Source: Candidatus Latescibacterota bacterium (GTDB lineage Bacteria > Latescibacterota > CBDEFO01). From it: DNA of 64,000 bases. The stretch spans positions 448,001-512,000 of the forward strand of contig CBDEFO010000008.1 in assembly GCA_965237525.1 (NCBI GenBank), read 5' to 3'. Positions 19,785 through 30,562 of this stretch are shown piece after piece (the stretch's first letter is position 1; every line of letters starts with the position of its first letter). The notes below the pieces were generated by a model. That model searched no databases and was not told where the DNA came from. It saw only the letters and a list, made by a program, of their open reading frames with translations. The position numbers and the translations under genes are program-made.

Positions 19785-20456
19785 TCATGTTTTCTTAATA
19801 AATACCAGAGATCCCTGCCGCTCTATTATGGGCACCTGGATGCGCTGGATTTGTATGTTGAAGCGAAGATCAGGAAAGCGGGCACAGAGGGCCTCTATCT
19901 CATTTGTAGGATGGGGGCCCCTGTAGCACATGAGAAATCCGGAGGGCTTCAGAAGAGGTTCACAGAGAGTGAAAAGAACAGGGAGTTGTGCCACTGCGCG
20001 TGCGGTTACACCGTCGAAACCGAATCTGTATTGGGGATCGGAAGATAGATCTTCCGCTCTGCTGCATAAGACATTTACATCGGTAAGGTCAAGGGTCCTC
20101 ACAAGGGTTCTGAGAAAGGAAGCAGCTTTTCGCCTGGACTCCACAAGGGTTAATCTGAGGTCGGGGCGGACGATCTTCAGCGGCACGCCGGGAAAACCAG
20201 CCCCGGAACCGATGTCGAGAATCCTAAGATCGCACAAGTCGCGAAGAAAGGGGAGGGCGGTCAGGGAATCCAAGAAATGATGAGTAACGATCCTGTCGCG
20301 GTCGCTTGTGGATATAAGATTGACTTTGTGCGCCCATTTTAGCAGGAGATCCCGATAGGCCATGAACGCCCGGATCTGCCGGTCCTCAAGAGAAATGTCG
20401 AGTTGGGAGCAGCCGGTGGACAGATGATGGATATCTGCAAGGGAGGGTGTAGACAT
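19785..20456 (-). CDS. rsmG: 16S rRNA m7G527 methyltransferase
   Basis: HFLDSL, DIGSGAGFPG and TARAVA motifs; follows mnmG. Confidence 0.95.
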   Translation of the reverse strand: MSTPSLADIHHLSTGCSQLDISLEDRQIRAFMAYRDLLLKWAHKVNLISTSDRDRIVTHHFLDSLTALPFLRDLCDLRILDIGSGAGFPGVPLKIVRPDLRLTLVESRRKAASFLRTLVRTLDLTDVNVLCSRAEDLSSDPQYRFGFDGVTARAVAQLPVLFTLCEPLLKPSGFLMCYRGPHPTNEIEALCARFPDLRFNIQIQRIQVPIIERQGSLVFIKKT

Positions 20457-20463
20457 AACGCGG

Positions 20464-22350
20464 TCAACTGCGCCGATATCTTTCTATGTGGACGAGAAGA
20501 ACAGAGATGTCGGAGGATCTTACACCGGCTATCCTGGAAGCTTGTCCCACCGAACGAGGCCTGATCTCCGTCAACTTCTGCCGAGCTTCTGCCGATAGAG
20601 CGGATATGGACAGGTAATCGAAGTCGTCCGGTATGATTCTGCCTTCCATGTTTCGGAATTTTTGGACGTGCTTCATCTGCCTGGTGATATAGCCTTTGTA
20701 CTTCACTTCGATTTCGGTCTCTCTGGCGACATCAGCGGGAAGAGCAGCCGCGGCGTCCATCAGAGGTATCAAGTATTCGTATCGCAGTTCCGGGCGTTTG
20801 AGGAGCTGGTCGAGCGAACAGGACTCTGATATCTCGGCGGAGCCAGCGCGATTTAGAATCGGATTGGCTTGGGGCGGACGCACCTTGGTGGACTTAAGCA
20901 TCGAAACTCCATCCCGGATACGTTTCCTTTTTTTCGACCTTTCCTTTATAACATCCTTCGGGACAAGGCCTATCCTATCAGCGTGATCCAAGAGTCTGGT
21001 GTCGGCGTTGTCCTGACGCAGTAAGAGGCGGTACTCCGCCCTGGATGTGAACATGCGGTAGGGTTCCCTGATCTCCTTTGTCACCAGATCGTCAACCAGA
21101 ACACCAATATAGGCCTCCGACCTGTCAAGTATCAGGGACTTCTCCCCTCTGATCTTCAGAGCCGCATTTATGCCCGCGATCAGCCCCTGGGCAGCGGCTT
21201 CTTCGTAGCCGGACGTGCCGTTGAGCTGACCTGCAAGGAAGAGACCGGAGACGATCTTGGTCTCCAACGTGGGGTAAAGCTGTGAAGGGAAGACAAAGTC
21301 ATATTCCACAGCGTAGCCGGGCTTCGTAATCTGCGCCTCCTCCATGCCCACAATCGTCCTTAAAGCCTTCAACTGGACGCCCTCAGGCAGACTTGTGGAA
21401 AATCCGTTGATGTAAACCTCCGTCGTGCCCCTACCCTCCGGCTCGATGAATATCTGATGCGACGGTTTATCGCTGAAGCGAACGACCTTATCCTCGATGG
21501 AGGGGCAGTACCTGGGACCGATGCCGACTATCCTGCCTGAGTAGAGAGGAGACTGATCCAAGGACGATGTGATTGCCTTATGAGTAGCAGAGTTAGTGCG
21601 GGTAAGGTAGCACATGACCTGATTGACATCCAATTTGTATGTATCAAATGAGAACGGCTCGGGGGGTTCGTCCCCCGCCTGTTCATCCATCACATCGTAG
21701 TTCAGACTCCTGCCCTCAACTCTCGGCGACGTGCCGGTTTTTAGCCTCCCCAACGCTAAGCCGAGTTCCCTGAGAGAGTCGGAGAGGGACGATGCAGGAT
21801 CTTCTCCTACACGACCGGAGGGTGTGTTTTCGAGGCCCATGTGGATAAGCCCTTTGAGGAAGGTCCCAGTCGTGATGATCACGGCCGACGAGTGGAACTC
21901 ATCTCCCGACGAAGTGGACGCTCCACTGGCAGTCGATATTCCTATAGCCTTCCGTCCGTCAGTGAGTATAGATGCAACTTGAGTCTTCTTTATATGGAGA
22001 TTTGGCTGACTTTCCACTATTCGCCTCATCTGAGTTTTATACACAGCCCTGTCCGCCTGAGCGCGAGGAGACCACACAGCGGGTCCTTTGGACCTGTTTA
22101 GCATCTTGAACTGTATGCCTGTTCGGTCTATAGCCTTTGCCATCTCTCCTCCCAGTGCATCTATCTCCCTGACCAGATGACCTTTGCCCAGACCGCCGAT
22201 AGCGGGATTACAGGGCATATGGGCTATGTTATCAGGGTTCATGGTCACAAGCACTGTGGAGCATCCCGTTCTGGCTGCCGCAAGAGCGGCTTCACAGCCA
22301 GCGTGGCCCCCGCCGATCACTATAACATCGTATCTATTAGAATTTAACAT
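20464..22350 (-). CDS. mnmG: tRNA modification enzyme MnmG (GidA)
   Basis: [28 protein letters not shown] and [12 protein letters not shown] motifs. Confidence 0.98.
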   Translation of the reverse strand: MLNSNRYDVIVIGGGHAGCEAALAAARTGCSTVLVTMNPDNIAHMPCNPAIGGLGKGHLVREIDALGGEMAKAIDRTGIQFKMLNRSKGPAVWSPRAQADRAVYKTQMRRIVESQPNLHIKKTQVASILTDGRKAIGISTASGASTSSGDEFHSSAVIITTGTFLKGLIHMGLENTPSGRVGEDPASSLSDSLRELGLALGRLKTGTSPRVEGRSLNYDVMDEQAGDEPPEPFSFDTYKLDVNQVMCYLTRTNSATHKAITSSLDQSPLYSGRIVGIGPRYCPSIEDKVVRFSDKPSHQIFIEPEGRGTTEVYINGFSTSLPEGVQLKALRTIVGMEEAQITKPGYAVEYDFVFPSQLYPTLETKIVSGLFLAGQLNGTSGYEEAAAQGLIAGINAALKIRGEKSLILDRSEAYIGVLVDDLVTKEIREPYRMFTSRAEYRLLLRQDNADTRLLDHADRIGLVPKDVIKERSKKRKRIRDGVSMLKSTKVRPPQANPILNRAGSAEISESCSLDQLLKRPELRYEYLIPLMDAAAALPADVARETEIEVKYKGYITRQMKHVQKFRNMEGRIIPDDFDYLSISALSAEARQKLTEIRPRSVGQASRIAGVRSSDISVLLVHIERYRRS

Positions 22351-22391
22351 ATATACTTCTCTATTTACGGACGTTTCACACTTCCTAAAGT

Positions 22392-22407
22392 TGTTTCACG
22401 TGAAACA
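22392..22407. promoter_or_regulatory. parS site
   Basis: TGTTTCACGTGAAACA, perfect consensus. Confidence 0.92.
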
Positions 22408-22436
22408 ACCTCTCGCCTTGCGCTTTCAAGCTGAAT

Positions 22437-22452
22437 TGTTTCACGTGGAACA
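22437..22452. promoter_or_regulatory. parS site
   Basis: TGTTTCACGTGGAACA. Confidence 0.9.
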
Positions 22453-22456
22453 TTTC

Positions 22457-23842
22457 CTATTTCCCGATGCAGAACTCCTCAAAGATCTTATTTAGAACGT
22501 CTGCTGACGTCGTCTCTCCGACGATCTCTCCCAGAGCATCCAAGCCCTCCCTGATGTCAAACGACACGTACTCGGACGACATTCCGCCTCGAACTGCATC
22601 CTTAGCCGATCTCAACGACAGAGACGCCCTCCTGAGACAGTCAGCGTGTCTTTCTTTTGTTATCACCTCTCCGTCCTCCCTATTTTCCAGTCCGTTCAAC
22701 AGAGGGGCTGACATCGCGGCTTTCAGATCATCCAGTCCTAATCTCTCTGTCGCTGAGATATTCACGGATGAACCGTTTCCGAATATCTTCAAGTCATCTT
22801 CCCTGACGGAAACTCCCAGATCTAGCTTATTTAGCGCCAGTATTTTTTCCTTACTTCCCACAATACTTGCCAGTGCTCTATCCTTCTCATCTAACGGCTG
22901 TGACCCGTCCAAAACCACGACAGCTATCTCTGATTCATCGACACTATAAAGCGTGCGTTTACGCCCCTCCCTTTCAACAGGATCATCTGTGTCTCTGAGA
23001 CCGGCAGTATCCACCACTACGCAAGGGATCCCCTCAATGTTTATCCATCCCTCAATGGAATCCCTTGTAGTCCCCGGAAGAGGCGTCACAATTGCGCGAT
23101 CCTCGTCCAGAAGGGCGTTCAACAGGCTCGACTTACCTACATTCGGCTTTCCCACTAAAGCGACTTTCGCGCCCTCCTTAATCACTTTTCCAAATCGAAA
23201 CGAACCTTCAAGACGATCTATCTCTCCTATAGCCTCCTCCAACATCTTCATCACCTCAGAATTATCCACGAACTCTATATCCTCCTCTGCAAAATCCAGG
23301 GATACCTCTAAAAGCGCCATACATTCAGTGAGACTGGCCTTAAGTTTCTCAAGCCGCCTAGATAGTGCACCCCTCAACTGAAAATAAGCCGCCTTGAGTC
23401 CCTCTTTGCCCTTTGCCTTTACCAGATCAGCTACAGCTTCAGCCTGAGATAGATCGATCTTCCGGTTTAAAAACGCTCGCTTGGTAAACTCCCCTCTTTG
23501 GGCAAGTCTGGCGCCCGACGCAAGTAGAACCTCCAGAATCCTCCTTTGAAGCAGGACTCCCCCGTGGCAGTGGACCTCTACTACATCCTCGCCGGTGTAG
23601 GACCTGGGGCACCTCATCACACTTACCAATACCTCATCTATCTCTTGTCCCCTATAGACTATCAGCCCATGAAGTATGGTATGGCTCTTTGCGTCCTGCA
23701 GCCGCTTTTTACCGCTCCCGTCAAATATACTATCTGCTATCTCTACAGCCCGGCTGCCACTTAGGCGAATTATCCCTACTCCTCCTTCGCCCAAAGCTGT
23801 AGCTATCGCTGCTATCGTATCATCTATCAAAGCCTTATTCAT
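22457..23842 (-). CDS. mnmE: tRNA modification GTPase MnmE
   Basis: DTIAAIAT, GKPNVGKSS, GTTRD, DTAG and NKLD motifs; C-terminal FCIGK. Confidence 0.98.
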   Translation of the reverse strand: MNKALIDDTIAAIATALGEGGVGIIRLSGSRAVEIADSIFDGSGKKRLQDAKSHTILHGLIVYRGQEIDEVLVSVMRCPRSYTGEDVVEVHCHGGVLLQRRILEVLLASGARLAQRGEFTKRAFLNRKIDLSQAEAVADLVKAKGKEGLKAAYFQLRGALSRRLEKLKASLTECMALLEVSLDFAEEDIEFVDNSEVMKMLEEAIGEIDRLEGSFRFGKVIKEGAKVALVGKPNVGKSSLLNALLDEDRAIVTPLPGTTRDSIEGWINIEGIPCVVVDTAGLRDTDDPVEREGRKRTLYSVDESEIAVVVLDGSQPLDEKDRALASIVGSKEKILALNKLDLGVSVREDDLKIFGNGSSVNISATERLGLDDLKAAMSAPLLNGLENREDGEVITKERHADCLRRASLSLRSAKDAVRGGMSSEYVSFDIREGLDALGEIVGETTSADVLNKIFEEFCIGK

Positions 23843-23966
23843 ATGAAAAACAGGGGCACTTATAGCCCCATTCTATCCTTTCATCTGCCCGTCTGAGTAT
23901 CGGAGCAAAGCACACCTGATCTTTCATCTTCCTAAAGACCGTATTGGGTGGTGTAAGACAGGTAAA

Positions 23967-23982
23967 TGTTTCATCTGAAACA
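23967..23982. promoter_or_regulatory. Degenerate parS site
   Basis: TGTTTCATCTGAAACA, two central mismatches. Confidence 0.6.
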
Positions 23983-24009
23983 TTTTGGCCTTCTGTTTAG
24001 TCCCACCTC

Positions 24010-25800
24010 CTAAATCTCCTTTGACTTTCCTCTCCTTTTCTGCTTTACGACCGTGACTGGTTCCTCTTTTTTGAGTTTCGATAGCTTCGGTTGGATCACT
24101 ACTTGCTGAATCCCGCTAAAAATGTTAAACATTGTCCAGTAGAGCACCAGACCTGCCGAGAAGCTCTTAAAGATGAATACCATGACCACGGGCATAATAT
24201 ATACCATAGCTGCCTGCTTGGGGTCCTTCATAGTCATCTTCTGCTGGATGAACATAGTGACACCCATCAGAACCGGAAGAACATAATAAGGGTCCGGAGC
24301 GGAAAGGTCCTGTAGCCACAGCACGAATTCGGCTTTTCTCAACTCTATCGTGCTACTGAATACGGTGTAAAGAGCGATAAATATCGGCATCTGAAGGAGC
24401 ATCGGCCAACAGCCCCCCATAGGATTTACCCCCTGTTGTTTGTAAAGCTTCATCATTTCCTGACTCTGCCGCTGCTTGTCATCTTTGTATTTTTCTTTTA
24501 ACTCTGCCATCTTTGGCTGAAGTGATTGCATCTTGGACATCGACTGATAGCTCTTATGCGTGAGCGGATAGACGGCGATCTTAACCAGAAGTGAAAAGAT
24601 AATTATGACAACTCCATAGTTGGGTATCCAATCATATAGTCCAATTAATATGGGAATGAGCACCTTGGATGAAATTGGCTTTAAAATCGGCTGGAGGAAG
24701 GGCCATCCCCAGTCTATTACACCGTCCAGACCGTAAGGGCCCACGTCCCTCAGTGTGGGATACGATATCGGACCCATATAGATAAGACTATTTATTTCTC
24801 CATCCTCCCCCATATCACTAGCAATAGTGAAATCGTAGATAGGGATGCTATACCCGCTCAGGTCTTCTCTCCAGTCTCCCGACACACGAGCTTCCGACTC
24901 TCGCCCGTCAACAGGTGCAAGACAGATAAAGAAATATCTATTCCTTACGCCTATCCAGTCTAGTCGTCCATTCCTTACGCCTATCCAGTCTGGCCGTTGA
25001 TATTTACCTTCGTCTTTATTCTCAATCTCAAATTGCTCTACCTCTCCTCCCATAAACGTATAGGCCTTCGTAGAGAGCAAATCCTGAGCTGTGTCAGCCT
25101 CTGTGATCGTAATTCCACCTGTCCAATTCAAAGTGCACTTGACGTCCTCACCGAAGCCTACGACGTTCACTTTCAGCCCTATGTCGTATCTATCCCCCTT
25201 TATAGTTAACCGTCTTTCTATTTTCCTACCGTCTCCCAGGTCCGCAGTGAAGGTTATTTCTCGCTCCTGGGCTTTCTCTACAAATATGTGGTCTCTGTCG
25301 GTGATGATGAACTCGGCGGCACTTAAATCATGCACATTCCCATCTAGCTCAAGCAAGAGCGTAGGTCCCCCACCTCCATGCTCTATTAGCTCAACCCATC
25401 CTCCATCTTGTCCCTCAAACTTTTTGAGCTTCAGACTCGTGAACCCTCCTCCTTTCGTGCTTATCGTGCCCATGAAGACTTCGTTCTCCACTGTCACGTC
25501 CCTGGCTTCAAAAACCTCTTGAGGATTATATAGGTCAGCTTGTGTGCCGTCTTCGCTCCATTCGTGTTCGTCAGCCTCTTGGATATCCCAGGTACTTATT
25601 TCCTTCTGCGGGTCCGGAGAGTCAAAGTTTCTTGCGGCTTCCTTTTCTAGAACTTCTGTAGGTCCATCTTCGTCAGTCGTCTGTCTGTCGTCTTTATCCT
25701 GATTCGGATCCTCTCCGATCAACTTCTCATAAAGCGGAGTAGAAGTCAAAATTATCACTAATCCTATCAATATAAATGCTATTACTGTATTCTTGTCCAT
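24010..25800 (-). CDS. yidC: Membrane protein insertase YidC
   Basis: N-terminal TM, periplasmic domain, NYGVVII, GVNPMGGCWP and WLQDLSAPDP motifs. Confidence 0.95.
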   Translation of the reverse strand: MDKNTVIAFILIGLVIILTSTPLYEKLIGEDPNQDKDDRQTTDEDGPTEVLEKEAARNFDSPDPQKEISTWDIQEADEHEWSEDGTQADLYNPQEVFEARDVTVENEVFMGTISTKGGGFTSLKLKKFEGQDGGWVELIEHGGGGPTLLLELDGNVHDLSAAEFIITDRDHIFVEKAQEREITFTADLGDGRKIERRLTIKGDRYDIGLKVNVVGFGEDVKCTLNWTGGITITEADTAQDLLSTKAYTFMGGEVEQFEIENKDEGKYQRPDWIGVRNGRLDWIGVRNRYFFICLAPVDGRESEARVSGDWREDLSGYSIPIYDFTIASDMGEDGEINSLIYMGPISYPTLRDVGPYGLDGVIDWGWPFLQPILKPISSKVLIPILIGLYDWIPNYGVVIIIFSLLVKIAVYPLTHKSYQSMSKMQSLQPKMAELKEKYKDDKQRQSQEMMKLYKQQGVNPMGGCWPMLLQMPIFIALYTVFSSTIELRKAEFVLWLQDLSAPDPYYVLPVLMGVTMFIQQKMTMKDPKQAAMVYIMPVVMVFIFKSFSAGLVLYWTMFNIFSGIQQVVIQPKLSKLKKEEPVTVVKQKRRGKSKEI

Positions 25801-25808
25801 GATTCTCT

Positions 25809-26027
25809 CTATTCCAGCGGATCGTATCCCCAGCCCCCCCAAGGATGGCATTTCAGCAACCGTTTTACAGTTAGCAATATTCCCCTTGTAGGGCCATTTT
25901 TCTCAATGGCTTCTATGGCGTATGATGAGCACGACGGAGTAAAACGACAGGCCCCTACCAAGAATGGCCGAATAGAGATCCTGTAGGCTTCAATTAAAGA
26001 TATTAAGGTTTTAGATATTATCCGCAT
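25809..26027 (-). CDS. yidD: Membrane protein insertion efficiency factor
   Basis: CRFTPSCSSY..RLLKCHPWGGWGYDP. Confidence 0.93.
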   Translation of the reverse strand: MRIISKTLISLIEAYRISIRPFLVGACRFTPSCSSYAIEAIEKNGPTRGILLTVKRLLKCHPWGGWGYDPLE

Positions 26028-26347
26028 AGTCCAGCTTTGTCAAGTAACTCAATTATACCATCTTCTAGTGCCACATAGTGCAGTCCGTATGCCCGCTTGT
26101 CTGGAACTATTGCGAGCTTTGCATTTTTGTGTCCCATCTTCTTTAGTCTATTACGGCAAGCATCTTTTAGTTGCCGCTTTAGCTGATTCCTCGTTACCGC
26201 GGTCTGGATTCCTTTCGGCAAAAGCACATGAATTTTCAGTCTCCCTTCCCCCCTGATGAAGCAGAGTCTCCCCAAGGACCCTTCCAACCACTCGCCGTGT
26301 TGTAAAAGGTGTTTAACAACGGTGTCTTTGTTGTGTGCGTTGCCCAT
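26018..26347 (-). CDS. rnpA: Ribonuclease P protein component (divergent)
   Basis: AVTRNQLKRQLK (RNR-like motif); synteny rpmH-rnpA-yidD. Confidence 0.75.
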   Translation of the reverse strand: MGNAHNKDTVVKHLLQHGEWLEGSLGRLCFIRGEGRLKIHVLLPKGIQTAVTRNQLKRQLKDACRNRLKKMGHKNAKLAIVPDKRAYGLHYVALEDGIIELLDKAGLCG

Positions 26348-26357
26348 TAGTATTAAA

Positions 26358-26492
26358 TCATACGGCTAAACGCTTTCTTCCTCTCTGTCTCCGCCGTTTG
26401 ATCACTTGGCGCCCCGCTGGTGTCTTCATTCTCCTTCTGAATCCATGTTTATTTTTGCGTTTTCTGTTGCTGGGCTGGAATGTCCTCTTCAA
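26358..26492 (-). CDS. rpmH: 50S ribosomal protein L34
   Basis: (M)[24 protein letters not shown] start after GGAGG. Confidence 0.96.
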   Translation of the reverse strand: MKRTFQPSNRKRKNKHGFRRRMKTPAGRQVIKRRRQRGRKRLAV

Positions 26493-26875
26493 TTTAAATC
26501 CTCCACTGTAGCTATGCACTGAAGTCTTTTTGTTTTTTTGGTGGTGAATGATTAAATATAAACGTAATTTTTTTTCTGTCAAGCTCTTTCCCTGATCATT
26601 CCCAGCCTGAAAAGGGTGCTGGTTTAAAGTACTGATAAGATCGAGAAGTTATGGTGTTGGGCCAAGTTAACTCTTTTCTTGGGAAATCGTTAGGTATTCA
26701 GAAGTATAGTTGATCTAAAATATTGCATTGTCTTACAACCTAGCAAGGACTCGTTTTCATATACCATGTGTTTTACATGAGTGTCTATATATGTTAAGCA
26801 TTATGAGTATGTTATAGTAATGGTTTCGCTGGTTTTTTAGGAGTGGAGTAACCCGTTTTTTCAGTCGAAAATCTC

Positions 26876-26929
26876 TTGACTTTCCCTATTTGAATTTGTA
26901 GTTTTTAGAGGTATGCGGCGTGTGGACAA
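26876..26929 (+). promoter_or_regulatory. Candidate native dnaA promoter with a downstream DnaA box
   Basis: TTGACT-17-TAGTTT, then TGTGGACAA at 26921. Confidence 0.5.
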
Positions 26930-27193
26930 ATGTAGCTCTTCAGATGGATCTGTAATCGCTGCACTCCTAACGCTACACCTGAAAGTCTGCTTTTCGCCCG
27001 TTCATTCGCGTAAACATTAGGATTACCAGCCGAAAGAATCTCCGCTAGTGTCTCGGTGGATCTCTGTATTTAGCAGATGTATCGTTGCTATTTTCCCGGT
27101 ATGCATGAACAGCGAATTGGTGTTATTCGGAAGGGCTTTTCTCACGTTGTACCCTTGCTAGCGTGAATCGTTGTTGTTTTTACCTTTACCTAA

Positions 27194-28712
27194 AAGCCTT
27201 GTGAAATAGTTATGTCCCAGGCAGCGTCTGAAGTGCCGATTATGGGTCAAAGAGTAGCATATCGTATCGTTTTGCTGTGGAATAAGCAAAATAGTCTTAT
27301 CAGAGTTCTGGTCAGCAAGGAATAGGAGCTGTTTGAAGAACAGGATGCACTGTCTTTGACAGACAGGGCACACATAGACGCTTTCCCCCTTCTTATGAAA
27401 GATACAAGCCTCTTGAGATTCTGTACTGTTGCAACAAGATTCAACTGTTCATTCAGTGAGGCTGGTCCTCTGTAACGGGCTCGTCCCATACCGTGTTGTT
27501 GCCTGGCTTCAGCAAAGATATGTTCACTGCGTTTACGGAGTCTCCGGGAGAGTTTGTAGTCAGCTGTTAATGAGATAGACCGTGCATGATTTCTGGCTTT
27601 CGCCTCTCGCACTTTTCTATCCCGTTCGGCCTGAATATGTGCTGAATTTGTCTTGTTTTTCCATGTAGGAATCGGTTCAATCTTCTCATCGGCTCGCAGA
27701 GGAATATGGGGTATGATTCCCCGGTCAAGTACATCAGCGATAAAATTACCAGAACCGTAACCGGTATCGGCACTAAGTGTCTGAATGTCTTTGGGCATGG
27801 TGTATGTTTCAAGGTCATCTACCATCTTAAGGGCACTTTCGGGCTCTGCTGTCCCTGTCGCCTGCGTGCCCTGAGTCTCAAGGATTACTCTGCTTTTTGT
27901 GTCGATCAGATCATGGCCCATAAACGAGAGAAAAGCCCCTTTGCCCTTCGATTTGCTGTATAAGCGCGCGTCGGGGTCTGTAGTCGAACGGTGTGTTTGG
28001 TTCGTCCACTTTTCACCATGAAAGTCTTTATCCTGAGGATGCCCGGACCTACCCTTTGTCTTATCACCTTCAAAACCGATTCCCTTGAGATAATCATCAA
28101 GAGAAACAGGGGGTTCTATCGGCTCAATACTTTTCACTGAAGCATCAGCTTGTATCTGAGTGCCGTCGACACTAAGGTGTTTACCGCTCACAACACCGAC
28201 ATCTATGCAACACTGGACTACCTGACGCATTATCCGTTCAAACAACCCACTGGATGCCCACTTGTGATTGCGAAGCTTGTTGATCGTGCTCCTATCCGGA
28301 ACCGCATCATCAAATGTCTGATGACAAAACAACCGATATGCCGCATGCATCCCCACTTCCTGACAGAGCCGATTCTCACTCAAATTATACAGATAGCCAA
28401 TAAGGATCATTCGAACAACTAATTCAGGATCAATACCGGGTCTGCCATTGTCAGGGCAATAACAATCTGATACAACGTCTCGTACAAATGAAAAATCAAC
28501 TGCCTCATCAATCTGACGAAGGATATGATCCTCGGGAACTAAATCCTCCATCTGAAAATAGTGAAACATCGGATTTGTCTGTTCCTGCTCTTGTGGGGTC
28601 ATTGTTTCCTCCATGTATAATATTATCAATAACATAATATAATACATCGGAGCTGCTTTATCAATGCTTGTTCTATACTACTTTCTGAATCTAAGGGTTT
28701 TTCACAAGGCTT
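27194..28712 (-). mobile_element. IS1182-family insertion sequence
   Basis: 13-bp perfect TIR AAGCCTTGTGAAA at both ends; CTAA direct repeat at 27190-27193 and 28713-28716. Confidence 0.9.
27247..28613 (-). CDS. IS1182-family DDE transposase
   Basis: LVPEDHILR, GRPGIDP, SVDGT.I.A, STTDPDARL, ADTGYGS and R..SEHIF motifs; start may be 28613 or 28601. Confidence 0.9.
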
Positions 28713-28720
28713 CTAAAGAG

Positions 28721-30136
28721 ATGGAAAAGTCACGTACGATAGAAGAGAAGATGTATAGCGACCCTCACGAAACATGGCGAAAATGCCTGAGTGCCATAGA
28801 GAAAAAAATTAAACACCAAAGCTTTGAGACCTGGTTTCGTACGACTAACTGTTGCCGATTCGACGAAGAGATAGTGGAAATCGAGGTGCCCAGTGCATTC
28901 TTTCGAGACTTTTTGGAGGAGAACTACTTTGATATAATATCAAGTACTATCCGGGAGGAGAGCTCCGTTTCTCCAGAAATTACGTTCTCTATAGTCGAGA
29001 ACGACATGCGTGGGCCGCCGTCGTTCTCACATGCTGGTTCTTCGCCGTCAGAAGATGGTCAGGCTTCTCCCATCTTAATGGGAACACTTAATTCGAAATA
29101 TACGTTTGATAAATTTGTGGTTGGAACAGGAAACGAGTTTGCGCATGCTGCTTCGATGGCTATAGCTGAAGCGCCTGGGGACAATCCTTTTAATCCTCTG
29201 GTGATCTATGGAGGAGTGGGACTGGGTAAGACTCACATCCTTCAGGCTATTGCGGACTTCTGCGTTTCGCAGGCTACTGTACAAAACATAATATACGTGT
29301 CGTCCGAGCAGTTCTTCACTGAGTTTATAAACTCCATGAAGGAGAGAAGAACTGCGGATTTTGCGAAAAGGTACCGTACTGCTGATATCCTGCTGGTAGA
29401 TGATGTGCAGTTTTTCCTTAGGACGGAGAGTATTCAACGGGAACTCTTCCACACGTTCAACGCACTGCACCAGAATGGTAAGCAGATAGTGCTCACGTCT
29501 GACTGTCCGCCTAATAGACTAAAGAGCATGGAAGAACGTCTTATTTCCCGATTCCAGTGGGGGCTCGTGACAAGTATAGAACCTCCCGACCTGGAGACGA
29601 GAATAGCTATCCTGAAAAAAAAGGCTGATGATCAGTCTATCGCTATATCTGATGAGATAGCCTCCTTCATTGCAAAGAACGTGAGTTCTAACATCCGGGA
29701 GCTTGAGGGCTGTCTTGTGAAGATTCTTGCGTATTCTTCGCTTAATAATCGGAGTATATCGTTAGAGATGGTAAAGAGGATTGTGGAACCTTCCATTCAT
29801 GCATCAGATCTTGGAGTAACTGTAGAGGTGATACAACGTAAGAGTTGTGAATATTATCAGGTCCCACAGGACGTGATGATAGGCAAGAGTCGCAAGCAGG
29901 ATGTAGCAGCAGCTCGCCAAATAGCTATGTATCTTTCAAAGAGCCTTACGAAGATGACGCTCAAGAATATAGGGTTGCACTTCGGCGGCAGAGATCATAC
30001 AACTGTCTTGCATGCATGTCAAAGAATAAGAAGTAGGATTGAGGCCGAGCAGAAATTCTCTGAAGAGATAAAGGCACTATCAGATTCCATTGTGGTAGAG
30101 GCTGCCTCGCAAAATATTCCCCCCTATTCCCATTAG
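28721..30136 (+). CDS. dnaA: Chromosomal replication initiator DnaA
   Basis: NPLVIYGGVGLGKTH, LLVDDVQF, ELFHTFN and GGRDHTTVLHA motifs; start 28721 or 28751. Confidence 0.98.
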   Translation: MEKSRTIEEKMYSDPHETWRKCLSAIEKKIKHQSFETWFRTTNCCRFDEEIVEIEVPSAFFRDFLEENYFDIISSTIREESSVSPEITFSIVENDMRGPPSFSHAGSSPSEDGQASPILMGTLNSKYTFDKFVVGTGNEFAHAASMAIAEAPGDNPFNPLVIYGGVGLGKTHILQAIADFCVSQATVQNIIYVSSEQFFTEFINSMKERRTADFAKRYRTADILLVDDVQFFLRTESIQRELFHTFNALHQNGKQIVLTSDCPPNRLKSMEERLISRFQWGLVTSIEPPDLETRIAILKKKADDQSIAISDEIASFIAKNVSSNIRELEGCLVKILAYSSLNNRSISLEMVKRIVEPSIHASDLGVTVEVIQRKSCEYYQVPQDVMIGKSRKQDVAAARQIAMYLSKSLTKMTLKNIGLHFGGRDHTTVLHACQRIRSRIEAEQKFSEEIKALSDSIVVEAASQNIPPYSH

Positions 30137-30219
30137 TCCTTAGCATATGCAGGAAATGTAGTAAAGGTATTGTGCGTCAGGAACTTCATGAATTTTTCGT
30201 TGGGTTTTAGCCTTCGAAT

Positions 30220-30540
30220 AGTGGGTAATAGTTATCCACAAAGGAAGTGGATAACTATGTTAACAAGACTTGCTGTTCATTGGGATTACGCACGACATAA
30301 AAGGGCGCGAGTGGAGAACTTAGACTTATCCAGATTTCTATGCACACGTTTTGCCTATGTATTCAAGTATAGTAAGCTTTTAGCTTCCGTTTGGTATTGT
30401 GTTGTTTATCTCCACTTCTTTTAGGTAGGTTATTAACATATAAACATAGCTATATAATTGGTATTAATATAAGTTTATTATTTATGATAAGAGTAAATTA
30501 ATTGTAGAAAATTAGAAAACTGAAGCGTAAGCGAAGTAAT
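30220..30540. promoter_or_regulatory. Candidate oriC: DnaA boxes plus an AT-rich unwinding element
   Basis: TTATCCACA at 30232, AGTGGATAA at 30246, TTATCCAGA at 30326, CTATGCACA at 30338; very AT-rich from about 30430 to 30520. Confidence 0.75.
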
Positions 30541-30562
30541 TGAAGTTTAAGTTGCTCTCTTA

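Noticed and set aside
26930..27190. Possible ncRNA in the long dnaA leader
   Set aside because: No recognisable RNA-family motif or convincing stems by eye
28664..28720. Listed N-terminal extension of DnaA
   Set aside because: It lies almost entirely inside the IS end; the native start is 28721 or 28751
30170..30424. 84-aa ORF after dnaA
   Set aside because: It coincides with the DnaA-box cluster and is not DnaN
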